From the human T2T-CHM13v2.0 reference genome, Homo sapiens, in NCBI RefSeq assembly GCF_009914755.1, contig NC_060933.1: DNA of 64,000 nucleotides; one strand, written 5' to 3'. The notes beneath the pieces are model-generated. The model saw nothing but the letters and a program-made list of their open reading frames with translations, ran no database searches and had not been told where the DNA came from. This document shows, piece by piece, positions 1 through 13,492 of the stretch. Positions within the stretch are counted from its first letter, which is position 1, and the number at the start of each line of letters is the position of its first letter. Made by a program: the position numbers and the translations under genes.

Positions 1-3000
1 TTTGTAGTTCTCCTTATAGAGATCTTTCACCTCCTCGATTAAATGTATTCCTAGCTATTTTTATAACTTGTGGCTATTATAAATAAAATTGAGTTGTTGA
101 TTTGGTTCTCAGCTTGAATATTATTGGTGTATATGGAAACTACTGATTTTTGCATGTTGATGTTGTAGTCTGAAATTTTACTGAAGTCATTTATCGAGTC
201 TAGTCTTTTGCAGCATTCTTTAGGGATTTCTAAATATAAGGTCATGTCATCAGAGAACAGATCATTTGACTTCCATTTTTCCATTTTGGATGCCTTTTAT
301 TATTATTATTTTTTCTTGCCTGATTGCTCTGGCTAGGACTTGGCAGTCCTAGGATGTTGAATAGGAGTGTTGAGAATAAGATATCCTTATCTTGTTCCAG
401 TTCTTGGGAGTGAGGTGCTTTCAACTTTTCCCCATTTGGTATGATGTTGGCTGTGGATTATCATATAAGGCTTTTGTTATCTTGAGTTATGTTTCTTTGA
501 TGCCTCATTTGTTGAGAGTTTTTACAATGAAGCAATGTTGGGTTTCATTGAATACTTTTTCTGCATTTATTGAAATGATCATGTGGTTTATGCTCTTAAT
601 TCTCTTTATGTAGTAAATTTCACATTTTCTCATATGCTGGGCCATCCTTGTATCTCTGGAATAAAACCCACTTGATTGTGATGGATTATCTTTCTGACAT
701 ATGGTTGGATTCAGTTTGCTAGTATTTTGTTGTGAATTTTTACATCTATGTTTACTAGCAAAATTGGGCTGTAGTTTTCTTTTTCTGTTGTCTCTTTGCC
801 TGGTTTTGGTATCAGGGTGTTATTGGTTTCATAGAATGAGTTAGGGAGGCATCCCTCCTCCTCAATTTTTTTGAATAATTTCAGCAGAATTGGTATCAGC
901 TCTTCTTGGTGTGTTGGGTAAAATTTAGCTATAAATGCCCCCAGCCCTAAGCTTTTTTTATTAGGAGATTATTTATTACTGATTCATTTTCATTATTCAT
1001 TATTGGTTTGCTCAGGGTTTCTATTTGGACCTGCTTCAATCTTGGGAAGTTGTATGTTTCCAGAAATTTATCTATTTTCTCATGCCTTTCTAGTTCGTGC
1101 ACATAGAATGCTCATAGTTGTCTCTGATGATCTTTAGTATTTTCTTGGTATCAGTTGTAATGTTACCTTTATCATTACTGATTGTGCTTATTTGAATATT
1201 CTATCTTTTTTGCTTGGTTAATCTAGCTAGCTGACTATTAATTTTGTTTATCATTTCAAGGAAACAATTTTTCATTTAGTTGTTATTTTGCATTATTTTT
1301 GGGGTCTCAATCTCATTTAGTTTTGCACTGATATTTGTTGTTTTTTTATTCTGTTAGCTTTGTGTTTGGTTCATTTTTGTTTCTCTAGTTCCTTGAGGTG
1401 CAAAGTTAGGTTGTTAATTTGAGAACTTTTTCTTTTTGAGGTAGACATTTAGCAGTATTAGCTTTCCATTTAACACTGCTTATGATGTATTCCAGAGGTT
1501 TTGGTATATTGTGTCTCTATTTTCATTTGTTTCCAAAAATATTTTTATTTCTGCCTTAATTTTGCCTGCTTACCCAAAGGTCATTCAAGAGCAAGTTTTT
1601 GAGTTTCCACGTACTTGTGTAGTTTTGAGAGTTCCTCTCTGTTTTGACTTTTAATTTTATTCCACTGTGGTCAAAGAAGATACTTGATATTATTTCAAAT
1701 TTAAAAAAAAATTGAGACTTGCTTTATGTCCAAGAATATGGTCTATTTTGGAGAATGTTCCATGCACAAATTAGAAAAATGACTATTCTGTGGTTGTTTG
1801 GTAGAATGTTCTGTAGCTATCTATTAGGTCCATTTGTTCCAGAGTCCAGTTTAAGTCCAGAGTTTATTGCTTTTCTGCCTCGATGATCTGTCTAATGCTG
1901 TGAGTTGGGTCTTGAAGCCCCCATTATTATTGTGTTGTTGTCTACCTCTTTTCTTAGGACTAGTAGTTTGTATTTTATGAATCTTTGGGCTTTGGTATTG
2001 GGTACATATATATCTAGAACAGTTAAATCATCTTGTTGAATTTGGCCCTTTATGGATTATATAATGGCATTCTTTGTCTTTTTTCACTGTTATTGATTTA
2101 AATTCTGTTCCATATAAGCATAGCTATGAATGCTTATTATTGTTTTTCATTTGTATGATATATCTTTTTTTCACTCCTTTGCTTTAAATCTGTGAGTGTC
2201 TTTACCTCTTAAGTGGGTCTTTTGTAGACAGCAGATGGTTGGATTCTTTTAAAATCCAATTTGCTAGTCTATATCTTTTAAGTGGAGCATTCAGGCCATG
2301 TATGTTCAAAGTTAACATTGATGTGTGAGGTTTTTTCCCCATTCATAGTGTTTTAAGTTAGATGCTTTGTAGTCTCAATTATATAACTGCTTTTTAGGGT
2401 TTTGAGCATTGTAGTTATGTATACTTTTACAATGGAAAGTACTGTCCTTTCATTACCATGTTTAAAACTCTTTGAGCGTTTCTTGTAGGACTTGTCTAGT
2501 GGTGATGAATTCCCTTGGCATTTGCTTGTTTGACATAGACCTCATTTCTCCTTCATTTATGAAGCTTAGTTTGGCAGGATGTAAAGTTCTTGGCTGGCAT
2601 GTTTTTCTTTAAGCAGTCTAAAGAAAATAGAGCCCCAATCTCTTCTGGCTTATAAGGTTTCTACCGAGAAGTCCACTGCTAATCTGATGGTATTTCCTTT
2701 ATATGTGATTCAATGCTTCTGTGTAGCTGCTTTTAAGACTTTTTCTTTCACCTTTCACTTTGACCTTGGATAGTCGGATAATTATATGCTTTGGTCATTT
2801 TCCTCTTGTATAGTGTCTTTCAGGTGTTCTCTGAATATCTCGTGTCTGGATGTCTATATCTACAGCAAGATCAGAAAACTTGTAATTAAGTATTCCCTCA
2901 AATATGTTTCCCAAACTTCTTACTTTTACTTCTTCTCCCTCAGGAATGCCTATAAGTCATAGATTTTGACCCTTTACGTAATCCCTTAATCCCATATCTC

Positions 3001-5305
3001 TCCAAGGCTTTCTTAATTTTTTTCAATTATTTTTTTATTTTTGGCTGCGTTATTTCAAAAGACTTGTATTTGAGCTCTGAAATTTTTTCTTCTTCTTGAT
3101 CTAGTCTTGCTAAAGGATTGAAATGCATTTTGACATTTCTTCAGTTAATTTTTCATTTTCAGAAATTCTTTTTTTCCTAATATATCTATCTTGTCCTTCA
3201 TCTCCTGAATTTTTTTCTATTTCTTTTTGTTGTTTTTAAATGTTCTCTTTCATCTCATTGAACTTATTTCTAATCCATATTTTGAATTCCTTATCTGTCA
3301 TTTCATAATTTTCATTTTGGCTAAGCTCCATTGTTTGAGAACTTGTATGGTCCTTTGGAAGTGTCACACCTTAGTTTCTTCATGGTGCTGGAGTTCTTAC
3401 ACTAGTTACTTCTCATCTGGAGAAGCTATAATTATTAGTTTTGAACTTACTTTCATTTGGATGGGCTTTATTTCCCCTTGGCGGCATGTCTGCCTTGTAT
3501 TTTGGATAGGGTCCTTTGTCTTTGCTTTTTTCTGCTTTAGGGGGCCAAGGCTCTGTATGAGTTCCTGGGTATAGATAAGCTTAGTGTAACAGTTTTCTCA
3601 AATGCTAGTTGTTTCTATGTTGTAGTAGTGTTTTACTATGTGTGTCATCAGGCTCCCTGCCTCCTGCAGAGGTAGGGAGGTGGAGGTCACAGGAGAATTA
3701 TGTCATTCCACAGTGCTGTGTACTTCTGTCAGCAGAAATTATAGTGGAACGTGCAGTTCACCCTAGGGGACAGTAGGTGGCACTTGCAGGTAAATTCCAA
3801 CCAAACGCTGAACAGTAGTGTCAGCAGAAATTGTGATGAGTTGTGCAGGTTGACCTCCTGGTCAGTAGATAGTGCTTTCAGGCAAGAGGCAGTTTCAGTG
3901 GTAGTAGTGGAATTTTTATTTGACCTTTGTTGATCAGAGGAAGCACTAGTGTGTCCCAGGTGATGTGTGAGGCCATGGGGTTTTCAGGGGTCCCCATCCG
4001 GGGTTCTGACACAAAGGGAACTAGAGAGGACAATATGAGGCAGGGTTGGATGGTACAAGTCCATAACCAGGCTCTCCAAGATGGGCTTAAGCGCTGGTTT
4101 TGGCTGGAGTCCAGGGACAGCTCTCAGGCCTTTGGAGCAACTCTTCAAGAGGGGCAGAAGTGCTTCTTTCATACCACAGAGCCCTCTCAGAAGAAAACCA
4201 GACAGGGTTTTCAGCCCAGCAAGTGGCAATGGAAACTGCCCGGCTCCCACAGCCCTAACCTGGAAGGTCTTCAGTGTCTGGCAGCCAGCAGCAGGACAGA
4301 ATGGTTAGGCTAGTCTAAAGCTGTCTGCGTTCAAATCACAAAGCTATTCCGGGATTTCTAGGGTTCTAGACTCTGTGGGGCAGAAACCACAGTTACCAGG
4401 CCACACCTTTCCCATTCCAGTCTTGTAAAGGGAGGGATGCCCAGGTCCTAGGCCACTCCACAATCTGGTGCCACACTCTTCTTTGTGTTTTGACAGTGGG
4501 GGCTCCTTCCCCACTTGAGATTAGATCACAAATCTCATCTCCATTTTCCTGGATGGTGTGTTCAAGTCTTAGGGAACTGGGACCAGGCCAGAGGATTTGC
4601 CAGGAGCTCAAGCACCAGCCTGGATATGGAGGGACAAACTGCTCCAAGGCTGCCAACAACTCAACTGGGGTGGGGCAATGGCGGCTAGGTTGTGGGCCCA
4701 TCCTCTGTGGGAATGGCCTAGCAGGCAGTTTTGGGAGAGACTGGCAGGCACGGGGCCCATGATTCAGATGGAGTCTGTCTTTGGGGCCCGTAAAAGTGAC
4801 CAGGCCCTGCTCATTCCCTGGCCCAGCAGACAGCAGCAGCTGCAGAAGCTTAGGATACAGAGCCATGTGACGTAGGCACCCACAGTCATGCTTTGCTGCA
4901 ATGCTCAACTCATGGAAGGCTTTGAGGCTCCACATGCGTTCAAGCAGCGACTTTTCATGGTTACCAGGTATCTCCATCTACCAATCCAAAGATCTTCAGG
5001 TGTCAGAAACCTTCATAGCTAGAATCTCAGAGGTCCACAGTAGGAATATGATACCCTGGGGTTCCTTCACTGACTCCTTTCTCGGGTCTGGATCTGGGTC
5101 TTGGGCCCAGTCCTAGTATCTGGCAATGCTGAGCAGGCAGCCCTACTTCTTCCCTCTTAACCACAATTTCTTCCATCACCTCTCTTTTGAATTTTAGTGC
5201 TCTCTTTCAAAAGATCTGTTCAAAGTGTGAAGATTGTCATGTTTTGTTTCCTCCCCACGGAAGAGGTGCATTCTAACTGCCTCTCACCAGCCATCTTGAA
5301 CTCAC
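1..5305 (-). mobile_element. Old LINE-1 (L1PB/L1MA-age): 5' UTR, decayed ORF1 and 5' part of ORF2; continues beyond the window start
   Basis: Continuous antisense L1 ORF2 similarity (e.g. gtcatgtcatcagagaacag, ttagggaggcatccctcc), then ORF1-like sequence (tcttctggcttataaggtttct, ~2640), then a GC-richer 5' UTR. It ends in gccatcttg (5290-5298), which is the L1 5' YY1 motif CAAGATGGC on the minus strand. Frames carry many stops. Confidence 0.9.
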
Positions 5306-6569
5306 ATCCCGGTCTTACCTATTTCTAAATAAAAGCCTGTATGTAGGCAACAGAATAAACCTGAAAAATATTTAATCTGTAAGTGATTTAAAATATTTTC
5401 CAATATTAAATTATTAAATAATTCAATATTACAATATTCGATATTATATTTTAATAATATAAATAGAAATATATTTTTATAATACTGAATAAAATTTGAA
5501 GTTAATTCCACAATTTGATTATCAATTGATAATGAGTACTTATTTTCTTTCATTGTGCATTGTTCAATATTGCCTCCTTTATTTCAATAATGACATTTTC
5601 ACCCTTTACCTTCCAACTCTGTTCTCTTTGCTAAGATCAGCATTCTCTCTGCCATCAATGTTCTCTCTAAGATACTATAATGCAGGAGAACATTATATTC
5701 AGCAACCTTTAATAGAAAGAGTTACTTTGTTGAGTCTTAAATACATTCTCAAGTACCTCTTTCATTACACAGTACGTAGTGCTGTTGTAGAAATATTACA
5801 TCAAGCCTTCTCTCATAACTGAATACTTTTTATTTGTTCATTAAAAGTATTTGTCACCTTTTTATGTTAATATAACTTATTTTTCTTAGTTTTCACTAGC
5901 TCCTGCAAATAGGCATTTAAAGACTTTTCACACAGGCAGCAAGACCTGCCAGTAAGTCTAAATCCTCATAGTGAATTCAGCTTCAGTTAACATCATGTCT
6001 CTCATCCCTTTCTTCTTCTAGTTCATTTTCTCTGAAGCACATCAATATGATGATAATAATCAACAGGTGTTAATTCAATGAAATTGTTGTCCAAATATTC
6101 AAAATGAACTCCAGATGTTAGAAAAAAATGTGTTTTGTTAAATTTTGGCTAACATCTTGACTTACTCATCTTAACTGATTTCAGGGTTTGGGATTAACTA
6201 GAGAAAATACATTAGTGATTAAGTGCTTTATATATTTTTAATTTTATATTTTAGAATAAATTCCTTAGCCAGTTATTCTTCTAAGAGAAATAAGCTTCAC
6301 ATAATTTTCTGAAACATATCTTATGTGGAAATGCTTTGGAAATGTTAGGGATTACATGGATACAGTGAACTATTAGTTGTACAAATTCATACATGTTTTT
6401 CTGACACTGAATTCAGTCAGAAAACCATAAAAAGAACATTATGGCTATAAAAGAAGTCTGCAGTAAAATAAGATATTTTAGGTGTAAAATCTGGACTTGA
6501 AAACTATATCACAAATTAATGCTGCTGCTCTGTAAAGGATGAAGAAGAAGGCTATGAAAAAAATCAAAT

Positions 6570-6875
6570 AATCTAGTAAAATTATTTTTTGAAAAAATAA
6601 ACAAAGAAGGATTTTTACAATCTCTAGCCCATTAAACAAAAAGTCAATTTGGGATATAATCATAAGGGGAGCTTAAAAAGGGAACGATTGACATAAAGCA
6701 ATAAGAGAACCTAAGAATGTTATAGGAATAATAAATCTTATCAAGCTACAGTTATTTCATTTATTAATGAGGTTGTGAGATACTGCTTGGAAATACACGA
6801 AACAGATATTTTACCACAACTATAGCAAAGAACTTGACAAGGTCTCTCATTATATTCATATTTAAAAGATGGAGT
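6570..6875 (+). mobile_element. CR1/L3 LINE reverse-transcriptase fragment
   Basis: From 6730 it reads NKSYQATVISFINEVVR, and near 6825 SKELDKVSHYI. These resemble the CR1 RT motifs NKSCQTNLISFFDRVT and SKAFDKVSHDIL. Confidence 0.65.
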
Positions 6876-6878
6876 TTT

Positions 6879-7008
6879 AGCTAAGCATGGTGGCACATAC
6901 CTGTAGTCTCAGCTACTTGAAAGGCTGAGGCTGTAAGACTGGCAGCCTCAGGAGTTCAAGTACGGCCTGGGAAACACAGTGAGACGCCATCTCTAAAATA
7001 ATTATTCA
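6879..7008 (+). mobile_element. Free Alu monomer (FLAM/FRAM-like) with 15-bp TSD
   Basis: Single-arm Alu sequence (tggtggcacatacctgtagtctcagctact...ggagttcaag...gagacgccatctct). Flanks are aaaagatggagtttt (6864-6878) and aaaatatgaagtttt (7009-7023). Confidence 0.85.
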
Positions 7009-7534
7009 AAAATATGAAGTTTTGCAAACCATATTTCAGGATTTTTTTTCAGTGTATTGGTATCCTCAGATAGAAAACAATTGCAGATACAAAAAAAATC
7101 AATTTGTCCTTCCGTGTCCACTTTCTTCAGTTGCCTTTTCTGTTTTTAGGCTTCCTCTTATTAGTAGTGCAACACAATGATGTGGAAATTTCACTCTTTC
7201 TTCAAGCGTTTTTTTTTTTCCTCTTTCTCTAAAGCTGCATTTAGCCCCAGAATTCATAAAAACTCTATAGAGAGTTTTTAATGTACATATAACTTAGACC
7301 CTTTAAGTGTTGAACTTGTTACTTCATCACTTGCTGACAAAACTCTCACTGGTTTTTCTATTCTCCAAGTGAGCTAAGCCCAATCAACAGCTTGCAACAA
7401 GAATAGGTAAACTCCTCCCAAGATAAAATAGCTGGAAATCATTTCTAATGGCTGTTTTCCACTGTGAAATTTTAGTCCATTTACTTCTTGCTGCTGTCAC
7501 AACTCTCTTAAGCCTTTAAAATGTTATTTTGCAC

Positions 7535-8126
7535 AGACTGTTTATTCCTTAATGTATGTTCTTGGTGCCTTTGTTGAAAATGAATTGGCTGTAAGTGTGT
7601 GAATTTACTTCTGGATTCTCAATTCTATTCCATTAGGCTATGTGTCTGTTTTTATGCCAGTATCATGCTACTTTAGTTAGCATAGCTTTGCAGTAAATTT
7701 TCAAGTCAGGTAGTGTGATGCTTCCAGCTTTCTTCCTTTTGCTCAGGATTGCTTTGGCTATCACAGTCTTTCAGAGTTCCATATAACATTTAGGATTGTT
7801 TTTTCTATGAAGAATGTTGTTGGTATTTCAATAGGAATTGCATTGAGTCTCTAGATCACTTTGGGCAGTGTATATATTTTAACAATATTAATTCTTTCAA
7901 TAAACATGGGATATCTTTCCATTATTTTCTATCCTCTTCAAATTTTTTTCATCAGTGTTTTATAGTTTCAATGTAGACATCTTTCACTTCTTTGGCTGAA
8001 TTTATTCCTAATCATTTTATGTTTTTTATTGCTTTTGTAAAGAAGATTGCTTTCTTGGTTTCCTTTTCAGATTGTTTGCTGTTGATGTGTAGAAATGCTA
8101 TTGATTTTTGTATGTTGGTTTTGTAG
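7535..8126 (-). mobile_element. L1MA-like ORF2 segment, inverted arm
   Basis: Antisense ORF2 (cttggtgcctttgttgaaaa, gatgcttccagctttcttcc, gattgctttcttggtttcc). Confidence 0.85.
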
Positions 8127-9205
8127 CCACATGCAGCACAAAACAAGACCCTTATATCTCACCATATACAAAAATTTAAAAAAAATGATTAACAAAGTTA
8201 ACTGTAAAACCTACTTTTACATTTTTTACATTTAAAAAATTAAAAGTAAAAAAACTACTATAAAATTAGTAGAAGAAAACATTGGGGAATCATATTAAGA
8301 CACTGGTCTGGGCAAAGATTTTTTGGGTAAGACCTCAAAAGCACAAGAAAAAAATAAAAAATGGGTAAATGGGTTTACATCAAGTTAGAAAGCTTCTGCA
8401 CTGTAAAGGAAACAATCAACAGAGGGAAGAGACAACCTCCAGAATGGAAGAAAATATTTGCAAACTATCCACATGACAAGGGACTAATAACTAGAACATA
8501 TAAGTAACTGAAACAACCAAACTGCAGAAAAACAAAAGAAAATTGGTTTAAAAATGGGCCAATGATCTAAATAGACATTTCTCAAAAGAAGACATACAAA
8601 TGGCCAAGAGGTATATGAAAAAATGTTCAGTATCACTAATCATCAGGGAACTGCAAATCAAAACCATAATGAGATGTCATTACAGCCCAGTTAAAATGGC
8701 TATTACCAAAAAAAACAAAAAAGTAACAAATATTGCCAAGGATGGGAGGGGGATCTCTTTTGCACTATTGGTGAGAATATAAAGTATTATAGCCATTATA
8801 GGAAATAGTGTGGAGGTTCCTTAAAAAACTAAAAATAGGAGTGTATTCTCCAGTAATCCCATTGATGCATACATATCCAAAAGAAGGGAAATCAGTATTA
8901 TATGTGCACTATCATGTTTAATGCAGCACAGTTCACAATAGGTAAAATATGAAATTAGCCTAAATGTTCATCAACAGAAAATAGATAAATAAAATATTGT
9001 ATATATACACAATGAATTATTATTCATCCTTAAAGAAGAATGAAAGCCTGTTATTTGCAGCAACATAAATCAAACTGGAGGTGATTATGTTAAGTGAAAT
9101 AAGTCAGGCTCAGAAAGACAAATATCACATGTTCTCACTCACAAATAGGAGCTAAAAAAATTAATCTCATAGAGGTAGAGAGTAGAATGGTGGTTTCCAG
9201 AGACT
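8127..9205 (+). mobile_element. L1MA-like ORF2 3' end/3' UTR, sense arm; cut off at the microsatellite
   Basis: Sense ORF2 C-terminal sequence (ORF 8600-8782 [22 protein letters not shown]) and L1MA 3' UTR gtagagagtagaatggtggtt. Confidence 0.85.
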
Positions 9206-9209
9206 TTAA

Positions 9210-9817
9210 AATATGTATATATTTTACATATATATACACATTGTGTATATATGTATATATTTTACATATATATACACATTGTGTATATATGTATATACGT
9301 GTGTATGCATACATGTATATGCACACATGCATATACATATGTGTATACATACATGTATACGCACACGTGCATATACGTATGTGTATACATGTATACGCAC
9401 ACGTGCATATACATATGTGTATACATGTATACGCACACGTGCATATACATATGTGTATACATGTATACGCACACGTGCATATACATATGTGTATACATGT
9501 ATACGCACACATATATATGCATGTATATACACATATGTATATACGTGCATATACACATATGTATATATGTGCATATACACATATGTATATACATGTGTGC
9601 ATATACACATTGTATGTGTATATATATACACACAATACACTTACAATGTGTATATACATATATACACACACATTTTATGTGTATATATATGCAAATGCAC
9701 ATTGTATGTGTGTGTATAAATGCAAATACACATTGTGTGTGTGTGTATATATACACATACAATATACACATTGTACATGGGTATCTATATATACACATAT
9801 ATATATACACACATTCA

Positions 9818-9862
<45 letters not shown>

Positions 9863-9945
9863 ATGTGTATGTTCCAGAAAAAAAAATCTGTATATACACA
9901 CACGTGTGTGTGTGTGTGTGTGTATGTGTTGTGTGTGTGTTTTTC
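9210..9945. repeat. Complex (TA/CA/TG) satellite containing 4 copies of a 36-bp unit
   Basis: Unit gcacacgtgcatatacatatgtgtatacatgtatac starts at 9361, 9397, 9433 and 9469. There are also a 38-bp duplicate near 9217, ~24-bp units near 9545, and (TA)n and (TG)n tracts. It explains the C/Y/I/H/T/V-only ORFs in all six frames. Confidence 0.95.
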
Positions 9946-10209
9946 TGGAACATATATATTTCTGGAAAACAGTGCTAGTTCTGTTATCCTAGTTTTAGTT
10001 ATTTATTCTTTTGAATACTTACAAGGCTTTATGTCTATTTTTCTTATGTTTTCCTTAGCAGAGAATGCACACATACATTCAAATTATTTTTGTACATTAT
10101 TTCCCCATAGAACAATATCTGAGAAAATATATGAGGAGGAGAAGACAATGAATGATTCATCTTTTTCCACCATTGCACCTATTGCATTGTGTAATAAGTG
10201 ATAATAGAG

Positions 10210-10420
10210 GGATGAGAAAAACTAGCATTTCCTGAGTATTATTTTTCACTTGCTGAACATTATATATAAAATGCCACTTCTTATAATGTTTCTGAAATAC
10301 AGTTATTATTTATATTTTATACATTTGGAAACTAATGATCAGAGAATGTATGGATTTATTTATGCACAGGAACACAGCCACCAAAGATACAATCTATTTA
10401 AAACTAGGTATGGTTGGCTC
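10210..10420 (-). mobile_element. MIR fragment
   Basis: Decayed MIR core (tattatttatattttatacatttggaaactaatgatcagaga...cacagc). Confidence 0.5.
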
Positions 10421-11089
10421 TAAAATATTTTCTCTACCCTGTTCTATGCTATTCAAACACTAGACGCTCTATATACATTTGGTGAAAAAGCAAAGGAATA
10501 AATAATTGTATAAAGAAATAAAATAAAATGTATTTATTATCCACTATATAATTTAGAATGTTCTAGGACCTTAAGCATTCTGTTTAGAGTTATTTTATTC
10601 TCACATGTGTCCTGAGGCAGTATTTTCCCCGTAGTATAGATAATGAGACAGGTTCAAAGAGATTAAATTATTTTTCTAACACAGGACAGCTGGTTTATAC
10701 TTTGGAAGAATTTTTGGCTGATCGGAAAATGCAAATCATCCTTGGAAATTTAATGTAATATCTCCCTAGTTTGGAGCACATTTTAGGGAGGCCATTCTTA
10801 AATACTGAAATGTTACTTTTTTGTTACTGAATCATTTCATTTTTTAAACTAGTTTTCTAAATAGTGTGAAGTCTCATAACAAGTTATATTTCTCCTTTAC
10901 TAATTTGCTTAGCAAATCTCTCTTTACAGAATACAAATGTGATTGGGTAATTTCTTGAAGCTATCACACATTCCAAATTAGTGGTGCTGTTTTAAAAAAT
11001 TTAGCTAATTCCTTTATCAAAATATGTAAATAATTGTAGAAATAGATTTGTTATATGTTAGCAAAATAGCAAAGTTGGAAAATCTGCTA

Positions 11090-11350
11090 CATCTTATCTT
11101 TCAGCCTTTCTAATACCTTCTTATCTTTTGGGTCTCAATTTAAACATAATTTCTTCAGTAAACTGTTCCCTGGTACTGCTCTTAATACCAGGATAGATAT
11201 TATGTTACCCATGTAGCTGTTTACTAAAAATACTTATAATCAACTGGTTGATGTCTTTCATCTCTATTGGGTCACAGGATCTATGAGGGCAGAGGCTCTA
11301 TCTGCTTTGCTTACTGCACTATCTCATGTATCTCATTCAATTTCTGGTAT
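11090..11350 (+). mobile_element. L2 3' fragment
   Basis: ctatgagggcagaggctctatctgctttgcttactgcactatctc resembles the L2 3' end. Confidence 0.5.
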
Positions 11351-11354
11351 ATAA

Positions 11355-11844
<490 letters not shown>

Positions 11845-12539
11845 TTATCCCTCAATATTTTATAGTCAGCAATCAGTAGTAGAAAATGGAATAAATGCTA
11901 ATTAAGATTCACCTAATTTGTCTAGTCACATCATAGCACCTATGTTCATTAACAAAAGCATTCTACCCTCAAGATTGTCCTTTGGGTCTGAAATAAACAT
12001 GCATAATGGCAAACATATCATAAGCATGGTAAATTGCCAAATGGTTTAGGTATTATAGTACATAGAGTACTTCATTTTTGTGCTTTATTTAATCACTAAT
12101 ATTCATTTATAGATAAATATATAGATATGTACTTCTTTGCTGAATGCATCTTTCTTCCAAATTGTTAGTATACTGCTGGTTAGGGCAATTCCAAAACGCT
12201 TCACTGATAAATGAAAGTCACTTCTTTAATCACACTATCAGAACAAAAAGAAGACACAGCTTTGCATTGTTTTTTTCTAAAATATGGCAGAAAACGAAAC
12301 TGTTTTGCAAAAACATTTAAACGCTATCCTTTGAAAAGAAGCAGGAAATCAAGTCAATTTTATTAGTTTGGGGAAAGGTTATTTCAGTTGTACACAGATT
12401 TACATAATATTTATTATATATCATGATGAACAAGTCAAATGTTTTCTGCAAATATTCTTTAGTCACAGAGATTACCATTCAAATGTACCTACATATGTAA
12501 GGTGATGAATTTTTTTATGCAATAATTATTAATTTATTA

Positions 12540-12700
12540 TTCACTCATTTAACAGATACATATTAAGTTCTGAATATGTAATAGGTACAATTCCATGTGT
12601 TGCAGTTATAGAGATGGATAGGACAGTCCCAAACTTATGACGCTTATAGTCCCAAGTAGTCAGAGATGGACTGTATAATATGCCGGGCACAGGGCAAAAC
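12540..12700 (-). mobile_element. L2 3' terminal fragment
   Basis: tcactcatttaacagatacatattaag...tatgtaataggtac matches the antisense L2 terminus. Confidence 0.5.
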
Positions 12701-13292
12701 AAGAATGAGGGAAGTTGTTGACAGAACAAGAAAAAAAAAACCGGTCATTCAAGGTAATACAGCACAAAACTGTTTTGTCCTTCTGCAGTCTCTTTTTGAC
12801 CTGTGATGATAAATTTTTTTATTTGCTACTCAATGTGGCACTGTCTTGGGGATAGTTATACATACCACCTTCGTACCAGCTCACTGATTGAATCCCTAAA
12901 GAATAGACTACACCCAAGAGATTTCAAACTCTAGTCAGTTTCCCTTGGATTCCTGGACCCCAGATGGGTGAGAGGCCCAAAAGTCTGAATTCACAGTGAA
13001 TCACTGATTCACAGTGAATTACTGAATGCACAGTGATGTGCCAGCCCTGGATGGAGACAGCCACCACGCTCTGCACTGAGATGCCATGGACCACTTACCT
13101 GACTCTGACCTTCCTTGCACCAATGGCCAGCCCCCACCTGGAGTCTGGTTGCAGTGGGTGCAGATGACAAAGGGGAAGTGAAGTGGGGCCCAGGGCCCCA
13201 GGCAGTAAGAGGAATTGAGGATCTACTCAGGGGAAGTGAGAGGCATTTGGAGGGAGACTGCCTGTAAGGAAAGGTTTTAAAACCTCTCCCCA

Positions 13293-13350
13293 TCTCTCTC
13301 TCTCTCTCTCACACACACACAGACACACACAGACACACACACACACACAC
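13293..13350. repeat. (TC)n(AC)n compound microsatellite
   Basis: Seen directly in the sequence. Confidence 0.95.
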
Positions 13351-13379
13351 CCCTTACATTGTCCTGCCAGGCTTTATTT

Positions 13380-13492
13380 AGAAAGCACAAATTCAAGACA
13401 ATGACTACAAATCATTGAAACCCCAGTGTAGAGCCCTTCTGAGAGTGAGGCCCTATGTGACTGCAGTAATCATAGTCCTCTTAAGTTGCCCA
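13380..13492 (-). mobile_element. MER96-like hAT DNA transposon end
   Basis: gagcccttctgagagtgaggccctatgtgactgca resembles the recalled MER96/MER96B terminus. Confidence 0.4.

Noticed and set aside
3927-5116. Cluster of 70-194 aa ORFs in GC-richer DNA
   Set aside because: They lie in the old L1 5' UTR; no recognisable domain, and higher GC lengthens chance ORFs.
9361-9504. 36-bp repeats superficially of CRISPR length
   Set aside because: Head-to-tail units with no unique spacers, no cas genes and a primate context.
9135-10201. Overlapping 90-316 aa ORFs in all six frames
   Set aside because: Dinucleotide-repeat DNA lacks stop codons; the products are C/Y/I/H/T/V low-complexity artefacts.
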